Positions 46,185-64,000 of a stretch of DNA of 64,000 nt are shown one piece after another (position 1 is the first letter of the stretch; each line of letters opens with the position of its first letter). The translations under genes and the position numbers were made by a program. Below the pieces are notes generated by a model that was given only the letters and a program-made list of their open reading frames with translations, was not told the origin of the DNA and did no database searches. The stretch lies in the NCBI GenBank assembly GCA_964234715.1, contig OZ174278.1; one strand, 5' to 3'. The stretch is from Podarcis melisellensis. Taxonomy: Eukaryota.

Positions 46185-46190
46185 TTTATT
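46185..46190 (-). terminator. Candidate CEP97 polyadenylation signal (AATAAA)
   Basis: Minus-strand AATAAA ~350 nt past the stop; distal alternative at 42680-42685. Confidence 0.35.
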
Positions 46191-46535
46191 AAAATGAAGA
46201 TAATAACACACATGTATGCTTAGTATTTTGGGAAAAGAGAACTGCTTAGTTCACGTAGTAAGGTAATAAGAAAAGTAGTTAGAGTCTTCAAAATTATATT
46301 TCATAAAAACCTGTTCAGATCACATAAAAAGTTAAGTGCATCATGTCCACTGTAGTGAAACAATCTTGTTACAGATTAACACAGTGTCAGTTAGAGGTTA
46401 GATTATTAGCAAAACTATTCACAACCTAAGATGCTTTAACAGCGCAGGAGCACAAGTCTCCAAAAATGTATAAAAATCTCATACAAACAACAATAACAAA
46501 AACATATTAATGTGGCTTTTCTAACGGAATACCTG

Positions 46536-58340
<11,805 letters not shown>

Positions 58341-58661
58341 ACTTCCCGCTTGCTCGCAACGCTAGGCAACCGGGCAGGCTCTGGACGCTGATTGGACGGT
58401 GAAAACCACTGAGGGAAAAAACAATTTTCAGAAATAGCAGGTGGCAATAGAAGGCTCTGAAGAGGCCGCGGCGTCGCGAAGAGTGATTTTTTCGAGCATT
58501 TTAGGAAATAGACGAGCCTCCGGAGAAAGCGCAGCGTTTCCCATCATGCACCGGCACAACTCCCAGGGTGCCCCGCGCGAGTATAGAATCCGGTTTCCCA
58601 TGATCCTCTCTTTCTTTTCGCCGCTGGAGTTGCCTGTGAGGGAGCTCCCGCACCCGCCATT
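58341..58661. promoter_or_regulatory. Bidirectional CpG-island promoter of CEP97 and RPL24
   Basis: Divergent ATGs at 58340(-) and 58662(+); ZNF143/SBS-like motifs at 58538-58553, 58556-58578, 58594-58606; CCAAT ~58391-58395; YY1-like CCGCCAT just before the RPL24 ATG. Confidence 0.85.
58605..58619 (+). promoter_or_regulatory. RPL24: TCT initiator / 5'TOP pyrimidine tract of RPL24
   Basis: CCTCTCTTTCTTTTC ~45-55 nt upstream of the ATG; typical of ribosomal protein genes. Confidence 0.8.
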
Positions 58662-63124
<4,463 letters not shown>

Positions 63125-64000
63125 GTAATGTTTACCCAAAGAATGGCTAAAGATGAGAAGTTGTGTGTGCTTTCTGAGTTTCCTCCTAATAGTTCTTTAA
63201 AACTCCAAAAGCAATATATGGCCTTTAAATTTAGCATTTTTCTGTGTTGCATAATAATCCCATATCTGTTCCAATTAATTTGCTAAATCCCTTGTACCAT
63301 CCCATTTTTTATTGTTTCCTGCCTTTCAGGACTTTGTACATTGGGGTTGCTTCAGTTATCCTTTGAGAAGCCCTGTTAGTTAAGGCACAAAAGATGACAC
63401 AAGTAGACCTTCTAAGCCCAGAATTCTAACCATTACATCATGTTGGGACTCTGTTCCGTGTAAACATGCATAGGAGTAGACTATTAAGAAACCATTTGGC
63501 TGTCCTATTTTTAACCTAAATTTGTTTATTAAGCATATTTGCAATTGACCTGTATCATGTCTATCAGGGCACAAACATAATCAAAAAGTAGTAGTTCATT
63601 AATTGCTGTGAAGCAGGTAAGTGTCATATAGCCATGAGTATTGGTAGCACATGGGTCTCATTCCTATCTCTAGCTACGCAAAGTCAACACTTGAGTGATC
63701 CTTTCCATACAGGGAACAGCCTCAGTAAGCTTTAAAAGAATTAAAGTGAAAGTTGATTGTTGTCTGGTTGATCCTCAGGTCTGCCAGTTTATTCAAGGGG
63801 TATAGCTCACATTCTCCTATGTTGCTTCCATTGGTTGGGAATAAGATAATAGTGTGGGGTTGTCTTTCTTTATTGTGCCTGTTAAATAGCAGGCATGAAT
63901 CTGTATTTTCACTTTAAACCTGGTATTTCCCTTTGTGCATATGCAATTATTGACCTAATTTACAGTGGTAAATAAACAAGTAGCATTTTCTCACTCATTC

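Noticed and set aside
63764-63788. CTGGTTGATCCT-caggtct-GCCAGT resembles the 5' end of 18S rRNA split by 7 nt, inside an RPL24 intron
   Set aside because: Only 18 matching nt with a gap, sense orientation, no further rRNA similarity; consistent with chance.

Overview
Vertebrate genomic DNA, almost certainly a lacertid lizard, judging by the Podarcis/Lacerta-type Sauria SINEs and squamate CR1/L2/L1/MITE repeats. The window covers the conserved RPL24-CEP97-NXPE3-(NFKBIZ) block. Genes reconstructed by hand with GT-AG junctions and consistent phases: NXPE3 (minus, 5 coding exons, 575 aa), CEP97 (minus, 11 exons, 874 aa) and RPL24 (plus, exons 1-5; the last exon lies beyond the window). CEP97 and RPL24 are head-to-head on a ~320-bp promoter with tandem ZNF143-type sites. 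The first ~28 kb is non-coding. It holds a CpG island with an NF-kB/CRE/ETS motif cluster (by synteny probably an upstream NFKBIZ promoter or enhancer) and many transposable elements. Most ORFs in the supplied track are spurious. I found no convincing wholly new multi-gene system. The best oddities: a spliced 65-aa uORF and a uATG-dense leader in NXPE3; a palindromic hAT MITE carrying a perfect NF-kB site, duplicated within a ~163-bp direct repeat around a Sauria SINE; a foldback inversion at an L1 5' end; F78C/Q79H in RPL24; a 17-aa NXPE3 C-terminal extension; and an internally deleted Charlie-type hAT element. Comparisons to human proteins and loci are from memory and need database confirmation.
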